DNA of 64,000 nt from Nageia nagi (Eukaryota; Plantae; Pinophyta), in contig JBITNC010000001.1 in NCBI GenBank assembly GCA_050084985.1, positions 179,366,001 to 179,430,000 of the forward strand, in the 5' to 3' direction. Below the pieces are notes generated by a model. That model saw only the letters and a list, made by a program, of their open reading frames with translations. It made no database searches and had not been told where the DNA came from. Within the stretch, counting starts at the first letter, position 1. Each line of letters begins with the position of its first letter. Both the position numbers and the translations under genes were made by a program. Below, piece by piece: positions 26,501-41,200 of this stretch.

Positions 26501-27007
26501 AGTTATTTCTTGCATATATGTTATTTTTAGAGTTCCTTTTAATGGGAATTAGGTTTATGAGTTTGGAGCAAGCTCAAACTCATAAGCCATTAAATTAGTA
26601 TTAAATATTTACCCTCTAAGTAAGTATAGCTAGACCATAGGTGTTAAGAGGTCTTGATTTGTATGTTTGGTAGGCTAATACCTTTGTGCTATTAGGATTC
26701 TATAAAGGAAAGACGATTATACATAGGTAATCTCTTAGGTGGAAATAGGGAGTCTTCACTTGATGGGCATGCATGATAATGAGTTGGGAAAGGATTTTAA
26801 GTTCCATTATCTTCCATTGATCATTGAGACCTAATGTATGGATCTTGCAATGGTCATTTTATGGAGAAATAAATCATATCAATACTTGTGTCTATATCAT
26901 AGGGTAAATAATCCTAGATACTCAATAATGCTAAAAACTTAGAAAATATTAAAGAATTTTTTTTAAATTCCTCTTTTTAGTAGTAGCGAGTGGTTTGGTT
27001 CTTTACA
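23567..27007 (+). repeat. 3' LTR (~3.4 kb)
   Basis: TGTGATGG after the PPT, ending GGTTCTTTACA. Confidence 0.8.
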
Positions 27008-27039
27008 ATGCAAATGTTTCATATTATAGTAAATTATCT

Positions 27040-27845
27040 AATAGAGATAATTTGTAGTTACTATTATTTAATTAAGATCCTTACTATTATTTATTATAGC
27101 CCTTAGAGCAATATGATAGGAACTATTTTTTGGTGATCCTATTTGGATAATGTATATTACTTCTTTATAGTGCACTTAGATGTTGAATCCTTCATGCTTG
27201 GTGATGCCTTGGTAATGAATTTATAACATCTTATATTTGTATGCTTTTTTTTAGTTCTTTGTAAATGGATCAAAAGGAAAATGGCATTGGAAATTATTCA
27301 TGTATGTGTTTACATTTATGTATTATTGGTTTTAATAGTAGTCTATGTGGTAGATAAAATCACATATTGTATTAAAATAATTTTTGGTTAGAATGTAATA
27401 AGTTAACCTTGAAGTTTCATGTACACCTAGTTTAGCTATAGCACTATTTTGAAAGAACATATGCTTGTATCAAGATAAGAGTTATAATATTTTTATTATG
27501 GTTATAATGAAATATTATTAGGTAGCATAGCTACCAATGGTTTACCTAATGCAAAAACACCTAGGGTTTTTGCCAATCTTAGCTCAAATTTATAGTGTTA
27601 TATTAATGTCTTGTCAAATGGATATTTATGTTATATTTCACATTAGTTATTTCTAAATTTGTATGATAAATGTAATTGATTGAAATGCATAAGTAAAATA
27701 AATGAATGTTTTATCATAATCAATATGGTTGTATAGTTAGATTTATATTTCACATGAACCATAATAACTAATTTTTGAGTAAGCTTTAATGGTAAGGAGA
27801 AATAGTTTTATGGTTGAGAGTTTTGATTCCTTAAAAATGGACTAA
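27040..27845 (+). repeat. Dispersed non-coding repeat, copy 1 (copy 2 at ~51630-52440)
   Basis: Collinear similarity, e.g. GGTAGCATAGCTACCAATGGTTTACCTA versus GGTAGAATAACTACCAAGGGTTTACCTA. Confidence 0.8.
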
Positions 27846-27849
27846 TTTA

Positions 27850-30800
27850 TTTATTTTATTTATAAAAATAATTATTTAAGGATATTAGTTCCTAAAATTA
27901 GGATTATATAAATAAATAACTATATAATTTCATTATCAAGAAAAAGATATTCACTAACATATTAAACCTTGATAGTGGTACTAGACTAAAAAGGTCTAGT
28001 TACCCAAGGCACACTATGATTACTTAAGCTCAATCATAGTGTGTACCATGATATCTCTAAGGATAGGCTAGTGGAACTAATGAATTATTATTTTATCTTG
28101 TAACTTAATCATCCTAGTAGAACACTAGTGACACCCAAAGGAATGCCTAAGCATATGTCTATAATGGCCTAGTAGATGGGTATAAAATGATCCAAGTGCG
28201 TCATATGATATGACATGATCTAAATAAACTAATATATGATATGAAACCTCATGAAAGGGTAAATATGGTATTGAAAACCTCCAAAAAATTTAGACTTCCT
28301 ATTAAAATATCTAAATAGACCATGTGATATGAAATTATTTAAACTATATGATTCAAAACTATATTGAAGAAGGAAAGAAATTGTTGAATCCAAAAAATTT
28401 CTAAGTATAAAAAACTAGGACCCAAAAGTGGTAAGTTGGTAAAAATATACTTGTAATACTTGAACAAATATAGAACAAATATGTGGTTTCGAAGTGGATG
28501 CCATGTTGTATAGACATAATGATGATATAAAAATAATGAAACATGTTTTGGGCTCCTTTACTATCTATCCTATAGCAATATTTTAAAAAATATTTGAATC
28601 ATTTGATATAATTGAAACCATAGAGAATATATGAATAACTTGAGAATGATTATTTAATTCTTGATCATATAGGTATTCTTGATCATTTGAACATAATTTA
28701 GAGCATATTTGAATCTTATTGTTCTTATCTTTTTGTTCATGTGACTATTTTGAAATTTATAAAAAGCCTTTTCAAAAATGAATATATTTCCTTAAAATAG
28801 CCTAAATGAACATAAAGGTCAATAATGCATGTATAATAATTCATCAGGCATTTGGAAAGGTATTATGCATTTTGAGTTTTTTTTTAGTTTTAAAAAGGGA
28901 GGGGGTAAAGGAGAGAACATGTTGGAATTGGAATTTTGAGCATTTTGAGTTTGTAAAGGTGAGATGTATTTTAATATTTATGAGTGCCTTAATAACTCTT
29001 TACATGCTTGCCTAAATTACTAGACATAGTTTTATTGAATTCAACAATTTGAGGATATTCAATTCATAGCTATAAAAAATACTCCCTAAAATCTTTAATA
29101 TGATGAATTACTTAGGAACAAATCCCTAAAGTATAACATTTTTATACATTATTATATGTAAATAGTTTAATAGCACTCAATAACAATCCTCTCCTCTCCA
29201 TTACTCACTTCACCATAGCAGTTACACCAAATGCAAGATCATATAATAAATGAATCCTTCATTATGTTCATATACCATATAATCTTTAATTTAGCATAAC
29301 TCCTAGAGATAACCATTTAACATATCTTCCACTATATCAAATTCATTTATGTACTTGTATACTATAAGAAATAATGGCATGATTATAATAATATAATTAC
29401 AAAACCTAACTTCTACAATAAATATGATAAAAACATAGATAAAATACACAAGCCCTTAATAGACATGTATAAAAATATGAAATAATACATAAGGCTAGGG
29501 AGTTAATTGATAAAATAATACACAAAGCATCCATAAAAAGTATGCTTATGTACTTAGAATAATTGTATATCACATTTGAATATCATTGTGTTTATATTTA
29601 TGTTCATATTTAATCTAAATTACCTAATAGTCATGCCCAAAACCATGGCCCAAAAGATGATGTAACTTTTGTAATAAACCTATCAAAAAGTGAAAAACTT
29701 CATTTTTATGTTTGTGCAATTAGACCAATGCTAAACCAAAGGACATGCATGAAATCACAATTTTTTAGTTTAATATAATATATTTATAAAAAATCATATT
29801 ATTATAGAAAAAGGAGACTAAATGATGTATCAAAATGGGACCAAATATATGTAATATACATATGAGTATGAATATGGAATATGAACATGAACATGAAGAA
29901 AGATCATGCCAATGCAATGTTTTCTCAACATCATATATCATGTATATATAAAATAAATATAAATAGAATATTTTGATGCAAATGGAACATGTTAATGCAA
30001 TATTTTCTCAAGAGTATATGCTCATGAATATGGAACATTTGACCCACCCATTTTACTTTTGCTATAAACCTGATATCCTTGAGGAATTTCAAATAAATTT
30101 GTAATATTTATGTGATGAGATGAAATGTAAATGGTTATGTATGATACTTTTATTAGTTTGATGTTGGCTTTGAGATTGTTTGATATAGGTTATAGGTTGA
30201 CTCAACATGGGAGTCATATTTGAGATCCAAGTGAACCAAAGATGAGTTGGTTACATGAATGGATCAATAAGAGTGAGTAAATTATTGGTAATTGAATATT
30301 TGACATTCCATAGGGGTTACTATAAATCATGTAGTTGCATTTCATATTTGGTGTGTATGAAGTATGACCCCTACAATATTTGTGTGTGCACTAATAAATT
30401 TACCTTGCAGGATAAGTGATCTTTGTAAGTAAAATGATATGCAATAGTATTTATTATGAATTTTATTTCATATGGTGAATTAATAAATTTCAAGGGAAAT
30501 TAAAATAAAAATTTTAGATACCTAGATTTAAATTTTTACACCAAGGTACTTTATTTTTACCTTTAATAACTTAGGGATTGGTAAAAAATATCTATCTTGG
30601 GGGTACAATTGGCAAGATAATTAATAATCGACCATAGGGTCTAAATATTCCTCCCTCCCAAATACTTTGGAATTTTATATGATGTGTCCCAAATAATTGG
30701 ATACTATTTAAGCCTTATGGATTAAAAATAAATTTTGAATAGAGACTCACCATAAAAATAAAGCCTTGTGTCTCGCACTAGAAAAAGGTATGAGGTGATC

Positions 30801-32150
30801 AATAGTAAGTTTTTTTGAAGATATAATTTCCATTTTTGCTCTATAAATACCATAGGGGTTTTGAGAAAAATATACATCCCTTCTCATTCAAAATTTAGTC
30901 TTATGTATTGATGATTTAGGAGCTCATTATTCCCATCATTGCCTCATTTAATTTCATTACCAAGTTATCCTCTATTTATAGCATTTAATTTCTATAAATT
31001 ATGAATTTATTTCATAGTTAAGAGCATTTATCATATTTATTTTATTTAATAAGAGTTAAGTTTAATATTAGACTCTTAGCATCTAGATATGATTGGTACT
31101 ATTTTATTTTATGTTATTAGTTTTACATTATAGTAGAATGGTTGTGGCTGAAGTTAATTGGTACTATTCTATAACTCAAATGGGTAAGAATGCATTCATC
31201 AATGGACACACACAACTCATAATTTTGTTGAATATCAAATGAACTTGTATTAAAGTTTAATAACACACTTTAATAGTAATTACAACTTGGAACAAGGAAT
31301 AAATATATTTCATAGGTCTTGGGCTACCTTGATTTTCAATTCATATTCCATTACAAAGCAAAAAATGAGACATAAAGGAAGAGACAACAACTTTTTAAAA
31401 AATGTAATACTTAGTACCAATTGGTAGGCTAGTGAATTAGCTAATAGGTTAATTTTAATATGATCTAATTAGATGGCTACTTACACAACCATTCTCCAAG
31501 ATACCAACCATTAGTTTGAACATGAAAACTAAAAAATAGTGAGCTCAAATTTTGTGAGTTTTATGAATGTATGCCTTCAAAATATTCATACTCCCCCTTG
31601 TTGATAAGAGGACAAATAATTTAGTCTCTTAACAATATAAATTGAGTTGGAAAATACCTAAAACATCCATATAATTCTATCAAAAAAATTAATACAATAT
31701 TATTTCATACATATCCATAATCACACTTAAATTGTTTTATTAAAATAGGCTATGGTATTTCCATATTTGAGTTTTGGTTAGTCACTGTAGATGATCCTAT
31801 GGTGGATGAGGGTGATAAAACCCCATATGTTCTAATTCATATGATAGATATTTCTTCAAATATCTTCTATGTTCATTTAATTAACACTTGTAGTTCTATC
31901 ATATCCCATGCAAGAACTACCTTATACCTTTCATGACCTTTAGGTTATTCTTAGGGTCCATACTCCTAATAAGGGACACACATTTCCTGATCATCATTCA
32001 TGCTACCCTATGAAGTGGTACTCAATTTAAGCCAAGTGAATCAACTTTATATCACCTCCCATGATTTGAAATCAATGTTAATTCCACTACCTTAAGACTA
32101 ACTAAACTACCTTTACTTACCCATATCAATCATAAAGGAACATCACTAAG
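27850..32150. other. Unresolved mosaic of degenerate, probably LTR-derived sequence
   Basis: No coding remnant recognised; TATA-like CTATAAATA (~30841) and reversed PPT-like TACTCCCCCT (~31590). Confidence 0.3.
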
Positions 32151-33054
32151 CCATGAAGTAATTACCTACCCATAATTCTTGTAATTACTACCATTGATAG
32201 AAATAACCTTCTCATATTTCTTAGCTAGGTATTTATGGACTTATGGTAGAACTATACTTTCTTCTTTTTCTAGGTTTTTTGAAACATCTAAGGATTCATC
32301 TATTTTAGTTTGTACTTGTGATGAAATATCATGCACTTGATGTAGATCCTACTACAGGAGTTTTTTGGAGCCAATACTTCAAAGATATGAAATGGAGCTT
32401 GATTATTTCATGTGTGAGTTTAGCCTATATTTGAGTTTTACATTTTTACTCTCTAATTCATAAATAATTATTTGAAATATTATACCATATTAAATGCTTT
32501 TATATTTTTCAAGAATTAACTATCTTATGAGTTAAGAAATTGAATTCTAGATAACTTTGTATAAGGTTTTATATGATAAACATTTATTCAATTCATTTCA
32601 AATAACAATCAATCCACTTCAATATATTTATGAAAGGAAACTAAATTTATACATTATCTAATTTTCAAATCTTTAAATCATTTACAAATGTAATTCAAAC
32701 TCATATTCTCTTAATCCAAATTTAAAACATGATATCCGCTTATAATCATCATAATCAAATTTTCATCATACACTATATCTTTCACATTTGGGTATTCCAA
32801 ATGAATTTACAAAATCATCAAAATCACTTTCTTTACAGTACATAAAATATACATTTGTTGCTTCCTTGTTGAACTTGACAATTTTCTTTCAAGTTGAAGA
32901 TGAGCCTCTATCATGAATTTAAACTTTAAATGGATGAGCTTAACACTTATTTTGAGTTATAAATACATCTTATTGATATATCAACTTAAATACAAAATAA
33001 GTAATATTTAAGATAAATTCATGCTAAGAACTTCGCTTCTTAGCTTAATATGAA

Positions 33055-33588
33055 TGCACATCCTTCTTGATGTTCAAAAACAAAAAGTCTATCATCATAA
33101 CCTTAAAGTTTCCAAATATTTATATATATGCAATAATAATGCAAGGTAAACTCATGTGTATTTTCAATGATTTCAAAAATGCATATGTTTTTCAATTTAT
33201 AACTATCTTATAAATTAAGACATATAATATCTCTAAAAATAATATTCAATTTTTTTAAATAGAATTAAATATTTAATAATATTATATATATATAATATAT
33301 ATATTATTTTTACTTAAATATTTTTTTAATTTAAAAGAATATTGAATGCGAGGTAGGACCTGGTGCATGCCACGTGCCCAACTCCCTCACCCCATTACCA
33401 AGTAAATGGAGAGGGGGGATGCTAGCATGGGCCACACACTACCACCACCCCTTTCAACCACTAAGTATAGGAAGGGGGGTTGGTGTACACCATGCACTAC
33501 CTAACCTCCTCTCTTTCCCCTTACGAGTAGCCTATGGGGTGATGTGGGGTCAATCACCAAGCTATGTCACCCTTCCTCTCCTCGACCT

Positions 33589-33666
<78 letters not shown>

Positions 33667-34914
33667 ACAAAAAGAATGTCATAATATATATATCAATAGA
33701 AAATATACTTATTAAACATGAAATATTTTAACAATACATATTGCATCTTAGAATTAAAATCTAAGTTTAATAAAAACATAAAATAACTATTTTTTTGCAA
33801 ATTTAATAGATACAACTTTTTTTTTTACTTCTCTTGGCTTGAAAATAGAATTTTTTAGAGAAACATACTATGAAAACTCTACATAAGCCATTCTTTTACA
33901 TTCTTCTAAGTTCTTTACTAAGATCAAAGACTTCTAGAAACCCCCATTTCATTTCAAACTCATGAATTTTATTAATATGCAATTATGGAATTAACTAGAA
34001 CCTAGAATTTATTTTTAAACTAAATGCTCATCCTTGGGTTACAACCCAAATTATTTTTCCAAGAAGATAAATATCATACATGCATATAAATTTAGAAATG
34101 CAACTTTTGTAAATAAAACCCATAATGCATTTTCTAAATTATGTTTGGTTTATATTCCATATTTATGTCTCAAAGGTATTCATAAAACCAACATTCATTT
34201 CCAATTTAAAAATCTAAACCATTATTGAAAATCACTAATACACAGAACCATTTTTGTTTTCAAATTCTTACAATAATTAAATTTCAATTCTTAAAAAAAA
34301 AATATAGCATTCATAGAGAGCACCTATAATTTGCAAGAAATTCCTTATGAAGTTGTCTCACCTAATAAATGCAAGCCAAATCTAAATCTAGCAAGTATGC
34401 AAGCCCAAAAGTCTCCCAAATATCTATACAAAATAGCATTAAGAAGGGAAATATTTTGTAGTTGCAAAAAATGCCAAGAGTGTCATTTCAAAAACACCTT
34501 CTAAAAACTCATGGAAGCACAAAACTACAACAACTAGTTCACTCTAGTTTTTAAGTAGTTTATCTAGAAACTTATGGGCTAAGGCATCATTTTCATGTCC
34601 AATTCAAATACAATCAAATGATTCCATAAATATTTGGGATCATTTTTTATGCATTCATACTTCCCTTATGGGATGAGGCATCATTGTCATGTCCAATTTA
34701 CATCCAATTAAGGGAAGCACTCACTTTAGCACATATTCATGTAAATACATCAATTTCAAGCAATATCAACTTTATAATAATATATATAATAATCATTTAT
34801 AGTAATGAAATAATGCATAAACAAATGATCTCATTAACATATTTCAAACACAAACATGCTTATCACAAAATTATTCTACTTGCATAAAATAGTATAAAGG
34901 GGAGGGTCACCACA
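33055..34914 (-). repeat. 3' (shared) LTR, ~1.9 kb; boundary at 33055 inferred
   Basis: Start is fixed by the PPT. End GGATGTGCA is inferred from the adjacent PBS-like motif. Confidence 0.65.
33591..33666. repeat. Compound microsatellite (CA)27(TA)11
   Basis: Direct read. Confidence 0.98.
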
Positions 34915-34949
34915 TCCTTCCCCCCTTAGAAACAACACAATCCTTTATA

Positions 34950-35206
34950 TTCATATTATTAATGAAACATATTCATTAAAACAAGGAAATTATTCTTTCA
35001 TAACATAAATATTCTTCCAAATAGTGGAAGGCTTAGATTATTGATTCTATTTGATCCTATACCCTTATTTTCCTATTCCTTAACTTCTTAATTCTAAAAC
35101 CAAGAACTCACATAGGAAGTACTTCAATTGTCATTGGATCTGCCATATCCAAATTAGTTAAATCCAAAACATGTGAGGGATAAATAATATATTTCCTAAG
35201 TAGATA
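34950..35206 (-). pseudogene. pol: pol C-terminus (post-integrase and chromodomain remnant)
   Basis: LLRKYIIYPSHVLDLTNLDMADPMTIEVLP..KKLRNRKI; joins in frame to HDVFHIS at 42655 once the insertion is removed. Confidence 0.85.
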
Positions 35207-38200
35207 TGTAAATACCTCACAACCACTTAAAAATTATTTAAAAAAAATTTACAAATCTTACATTTAGCAAACTAAGTTCACTAGGGTGTTGCAAACCTTA
35301 AGGTTGTTAAAACCAAGCACTACAACACAAACTTGCACAATCTAGATATACTCTTTCATAAATATAAAGCTAGTATATCTAACATTTGATCATTCTGAAT
35401 CCTTGAACTAGGAATCTCATCTAATCTTGATGTTATTGTCTTTATTAGACATACATCCATCCAAAAATTTTACTACTCAACCTTGGTTATTCATTCTTCA
35501 AATAGTTCATGTTAATAATTGATTTTCAATCCCTACATATATATATATTCCATATCCCTTGATAATATATATGATATATTTAAACTATCTAACATCTAAT
35601 CTTAAATCAAAATCTCTTTATGAAATAAGGAATCTAATAGTGTCTTAATCAAACTTTACTTCTAACTTTTTCTAAATAAACAATACAAAAATTGTATGTT
35701 TTTTTTTATTTTTAAAAAAGTTCCATACTACTACATAGATTATAAGTAGTCCTTATTTGATATCTAAAAAGTTTGTTTCTAAAAGAAGAGATTAAATATC
35801 CATTTAGAACATACTTTTCTCATTATAAGAACCTTTAAGATTTTAATCATAAACTAGCCCATCCAACAATATACATAATTTAAAAGAATACTTTCTTGAA
35901 TATAAATAAAAATACCATTTTCGATTTTTAACCAAACTCTAATGGTATTATCATTACATTAAATATAATCAAGTTCTCCATTTAGTAAAGAAAAGTATTT
36001 CCTTTAATAACTACATAGTTTATCAAATACCAAATTACAAAATAATAAGAAAATATTCTAAATACAATATAATTCCTTGATTTACAAATGCAAAAATAAA
36101 AAACTTTAAAATTTTCTCCTTAAACTAAAGAATGTTGAGATTACAAGTTTACACTATTAACATATCTCACTAAAATATCTCCATTTACATACTTCACTCT
36201 TACATGGTGAATTGAAACTTTATAAACAAAAACAATTTAAATACTTTAGTTAAGAAATATTAAATGCTAGAAATACAATTTAATTTATTTAAATCTACAA
36301 CTAAGAATAATATTGAAGCCATGTTTACTTGTCTCTAACTACATTAAAAATAAAATTCCAGAAAAGGTGAGTTTATAAATAAACTCAATAAACCTACTCT
36401 ACTAAACCATAGTACTTAAAGTTACAATTCCAAATCTAATTTTCATATGCAATAATGTTATGCCAAACCATCCATGCAAATATGATAAAATGAAATAATG
36501 GTACTCCCTTTTCATCATTTCTCTAAAAATAAAGATTTAAATAATCATTCTTCTATAACTATGATTTTTTTTAAATGATAAAGCTTTAAGTTAAAGGAAA
36601 AATAAATTGAATCATACAAGGAAGGAGGGTGGACATAAAAAAACCCCATGCACCTCATGCAAGCCAACTGGAGGGAAATAACTAAGTAGTTCCAATAGCC
36701 ACCATGTGGCATAACAACAAAAAGAAACCAACATCAACAAAACTACAACATTTCTAAAAAGATCCCCACTACAATAGATGAGGATGAGAGTAATTAAGTT
36801 TCATTCATGGGAGATGGAGTAGTGGCAAGATGAGAGCTGGTAGGTGACATAGTGGATAAAAAAAATACAATAATCTCATTGATAGCTCCCATATTTTATT
36901 ATGTTTCCATGCATTGGAAGGGATCCGTGGCCAATGCATAACCTCCAAGGTATCTCTAAATTCATTCCATTTAAGGCCACCTTTGAAGGATGTGGAAACC
37001 CACCCATTTGTTATATCAATTTTTTCATTAATTACCTCATTAAATATATTATGCCATCTTCCACCATCTCCTTTTGACAAACCCCAACCTATAGCTTGAT
37101 GGGAGGGGCTTGCATTGCCACCCTAAGCATGATGTAGAGGAGACCTAGGATAAGAATCCCATCCTTGATTATTCCACCTTGTAGTTGGAGAAGGGATCCT
37201 GGTTACTTATGGTCTTTGGTCCCATTCTTATGATAGAGGGTGATAGTACTAACTAGATCATAAGCACCCCTATTGAATTGGGAAGGAAAGAGGGACTCAA
37301 CTCATAGAGTAAGGAGCATTTCCCCAATGATTGATAAGCTCCTATAAGTGACTGACCTCTAGAGAAACCTTATTAACTTGATCTTGAATCTGAAACTAGA
37401 TGTCATAAAAAATGGTGAGCTTATAAACCAAAGAGAAATAAACATTAGAAAATTTCCTAAAAAAATCACTGTACTTCTTTCTTTCCAAAAAAATATTCCA
37501 AAAAACTTCTGAAAATAAGGAAAGATTTGGTGAATCTCTAAGGAGATGATTTAGCCAACTAGAAAGAGGTTGATGTAAAAGAGGTTGGAAAAAGGAATTA
37601 ATCCAATTCCAAGCTTTTTCCTCTTTGCCAAACTTCTAGAACAAATGAATAATAAAATATTTAGAGTTGTGGAATGGGAAAATAGGGTTAATCACCCTAA
37701 AGTGAGTAAGCTTGTTGCCTATAGGTAAATCATGAAATAATAGATTCCATGCAAAGTATGCTTGCTTAGGCTCAACATAACTATCCCAAAGAGTTTTGAA
37801 CCATTTACTCCACTCAAAAATAGTGGAAGATAGACACTAACACTCATTAAGCTTGGGAATTATGGGCAAATTGGGAGAAATCCAATTATATCCTAGCTTA
37901 GTGTTGTAATATAAAATTGATGCTCCTAAAACCCACTTTTATTCTATACAAAATGGATAATTCAACTGTTGACCAAGCTCAAGCTATAAAGAGAATGGTG
38001 TGCAATTGAGAACTACTTCATAGGAATCTTTATCTTTAGCTTTTAGAGTAAATCTAGATTTGAAGGCTTCCCATGGGATCTACAATTTAGAAGAGTGATC
38101 AAAAAAATCAAAGAGGGAGGTAATTTTTTTTTTTTAATCGCTTGGATCAAATCCATTGGATGGAAGCAAGAGGTTGGTTTTGTATAGTAATAAATAGGGA

Positions 38201-41200
38201 GCACCAAACATTAAGAGAGGCTAGAGCCACTTCTTAGAATTAGCTAGTAGAAAAACCACTAAAGCCAAGGATTGATGCTCTTTCATGCTTTCCAAATACT
38301 ATTGCAAATAAAAGACCGAAAAACCTTGATGAAAATAGGGACAAAAATAAGGGAGGGGAAGGTCATACAATTCTAGATTATTTTACCAAGGGTAACACCT
38401 TGAGAAATATAATTTCATAAGAGCACTTTCCAAGCTTCTAATCCTTGTAGGGCTTGATATACCCACTTGGTATTCAATTCCACCCCTTATCTATAACAAT
38501 TAAAAGATACCCATACCACCCTTAGCTTTGGGGAGATAGCAGAATTCCCAAGAAACATGATGGAATTCTTTCTTACCTTTGTTATTTTCCCACAAGAAGT
38601 CCCTAAGAAGCTTTTTCAGCTTCTTGTAGTAGCTTTGGGAAGGGACCCAAAAAGATGAGTAGTATACGTGAGTGGAAGCCAACACTTTCAAATAAATCTA
38701 GAACTTACTAGATAAAGATAATTTCTTAGTGATCCAATAAAAAAGTTTCTTTTCTACTCTATATATAACATAGTTCCATAATTGGGCTAGGGTGCTTTGA
38801 AAGGTGAAGGGAATCCCCAAAAACTTAAACATATCTCAAGGGTTTATCCATTGCCATTGAAAAATAGAGATCTAGTTAGGGCATTCTATTTGAGACTGTC
38901 TATAACAAGTGGTTTTCCTCCATTTGATACTTGAACTAAAAGCTTTATAGTAGGTATGAAGGCACTCAAATTCCTATCCTCCATTAGAGTAAGAAAGGAA
39001 TCATAAAAAATGGCCATTAATCAATTGCCTAGTTTGTCCAGGAAGAGAGATTCCTTTAACAAGCTTATGAGAAGATTTTTTGGTGAGTAAATACTTGAAG
39101 GCTTTAATATGTAACACATAAGGTGAGGGACTAAGAGGGCACCCTTGTATAACTAACTAGAATAGGCCAATGGAGGTGGTTTGCATCCCATCAAGAGTTA
39201 ATAGAATAGATGCATCACTAAAAAGCATTTGAATTGAGGCTAAGAAAGTGGGGCCGAAGCCCAGAGCTTTAAGTATAGCCAAGATGAAATGTTATTCAAT
39301 TTTATCATAGGTTTTTTCAAAGTCAATTTTGGTAAAAAGAGTGTATTGCTGATATGTGCAAGCCCACTCCATACCTTCCCACACTACAATGACATTGTCA
39401 AGGATATACTGACTCTTGATAAAAATGATTTGCTTTGAATGAATAATCTAAGGTAACAGAGGTAGAAGTTTGAGAGCCAAGGCCTTAGCAATGATTTTGT
39501 AACTAACATTGAGAAGGATGATGGGTATCAAATTAGAAATGCACTTTAGGTATCTTGTATCATATATGAACTTATTGTTTCCTTGATTAATAATTTCTCT
39601 CAATAATACACATAGAGAAGATCAGGACCAACATTATCCCATAACTTCTTGTAAAACTCATATGGAAAATTGTTAATCCTTGGGGCTTTCTCATTCTCCA
39701 TACAAGTTAAAGATAATTTTAAGTCCTCCAAAGAGAGTGTGGACTCACAAGATTCTATCTAGATAGGAGAAAGTTTAGTGGGAACCACTCTATAGTATTC
39801 ATCTAGGGCTTGTTGATGCTCCTTTGTGAACTCTTGAGAAGCAAATACTTTGGTATAGTACTTTGTAATAACTTTGGATACATTAGTGGGATCAGTAACA
39901 CAAATATCCTCATCCTAAATGGCTTTGAACTATGTTACCATCCTCAGGGGTAAAATCTTTAGAAAGATTCTTTAGAAACTCGATCACCCACTTTAATCTA
40001 GTGAAGTTGGGATCCAATTTGAGCACCTTTGGATTAGTATAATTATACTTTATTAATTTCATGCCTAACTACAACAACATTATATTATAGATGGACATTC
40101 ATTAGGTATTCTTCAAGGCATAATGAGGCAAGTTCAAACTCCTCCCTAAAAGTGCAATCTAAGTGCTTACAAAGCTAGGCAATTTTGACATCCAAAATTT
40201 TCAACACCAAGGTGGTCCAAAGGATAGCATCGTTTGACCATTTAATCCATTTGACCTTATTCTTAGGTATTGGCATCAGGTTCTAAACTCTATAGATGTG
40301 GGATGTGGTGGCTAAGTGGGAAATAAAGGAGACATTTAGGTATAATTGAGAGAAAAATATGTACGATTGATGAAAAGGGAGGAAAACCTTAAAAACATTA
40401 GGAAAATTGTTAAAAATGGTATTTCTTGGGGAAGCTATAACTAAAGGTGCTATAGGGAATAAGCTTTGAAAAGAGAAGCTAACTTGATCAGTGAGCATTT
40501 CTCTATCCAAAATTTTAAGAACTCTATAATCATTTGACTAAAAATTCAACCAGGTGAACTAGAGAGAGTCTAGGAAGTTTTGCACATTGTAGCATGCATT
40601 TGGATCCACTAACCCATGTTTATTTTTAAGAAAAAATCATACATCTCTTTCACCAGTACATCATCTCATAGGAAGATGATCCATTTTGTCATCAGATTTA
40701 TTGATCATGTTAAAATCCCCACAAGAAAACCAAATAGCCTGGGGAAGAGATAAAGCAAGCCATCTCCATAACAAGCTTTTATGAAGACCATGATTAGAAG
40801 CATAGACATTGATAACCCCAAACAATTGGCTATCAATATCAAATAGTTTCCAAACCACTTGATTGGAAGATTCCACCCCCCATGATACCAATAGGGCCTT
40901 CCACCATGAAGGAATCAAAGTTACTACACCTCCTCTACCATAAACATGATTAATAAAATACATGGAGTTGCCAGAAATAAAGAAAGGAGCAAGCGCACTC
41001 CATATTAAAACCAAATTCTTTTTAATAAAATATCATGTAAAATAATGAACTTTTTTCCATATGTAATCCATTTTAACCATGAAATAACTATTTTTTTTCA
41101 AACTTTGATTTCATATAGGTATTAGATTTTACAACATCTAGTATTCATATTTACATGATGGGTATATATACTTCCATATTAATGATAATTTGGATTTTCT

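Larger units (their letters stand above)
16845..27007 (+). mobile_element. Old Ty3/gypsy chromovirus (Tekay/Del-like); 5' LTR truncated at its 5' side
   Basis: 16845-18812 aligns with ~24965-27007. Gag-PR-RT-RH-INT-chromodomain remnants lie between. PPT AGGAAGGGTGAA precedes TG at 23567. Confidence 0.9.

Noticed and set aside
33374-33667. 97-aa ORF with HT/YI tail
   Set aside because: GC-rich LTR patch plus microsatellite.
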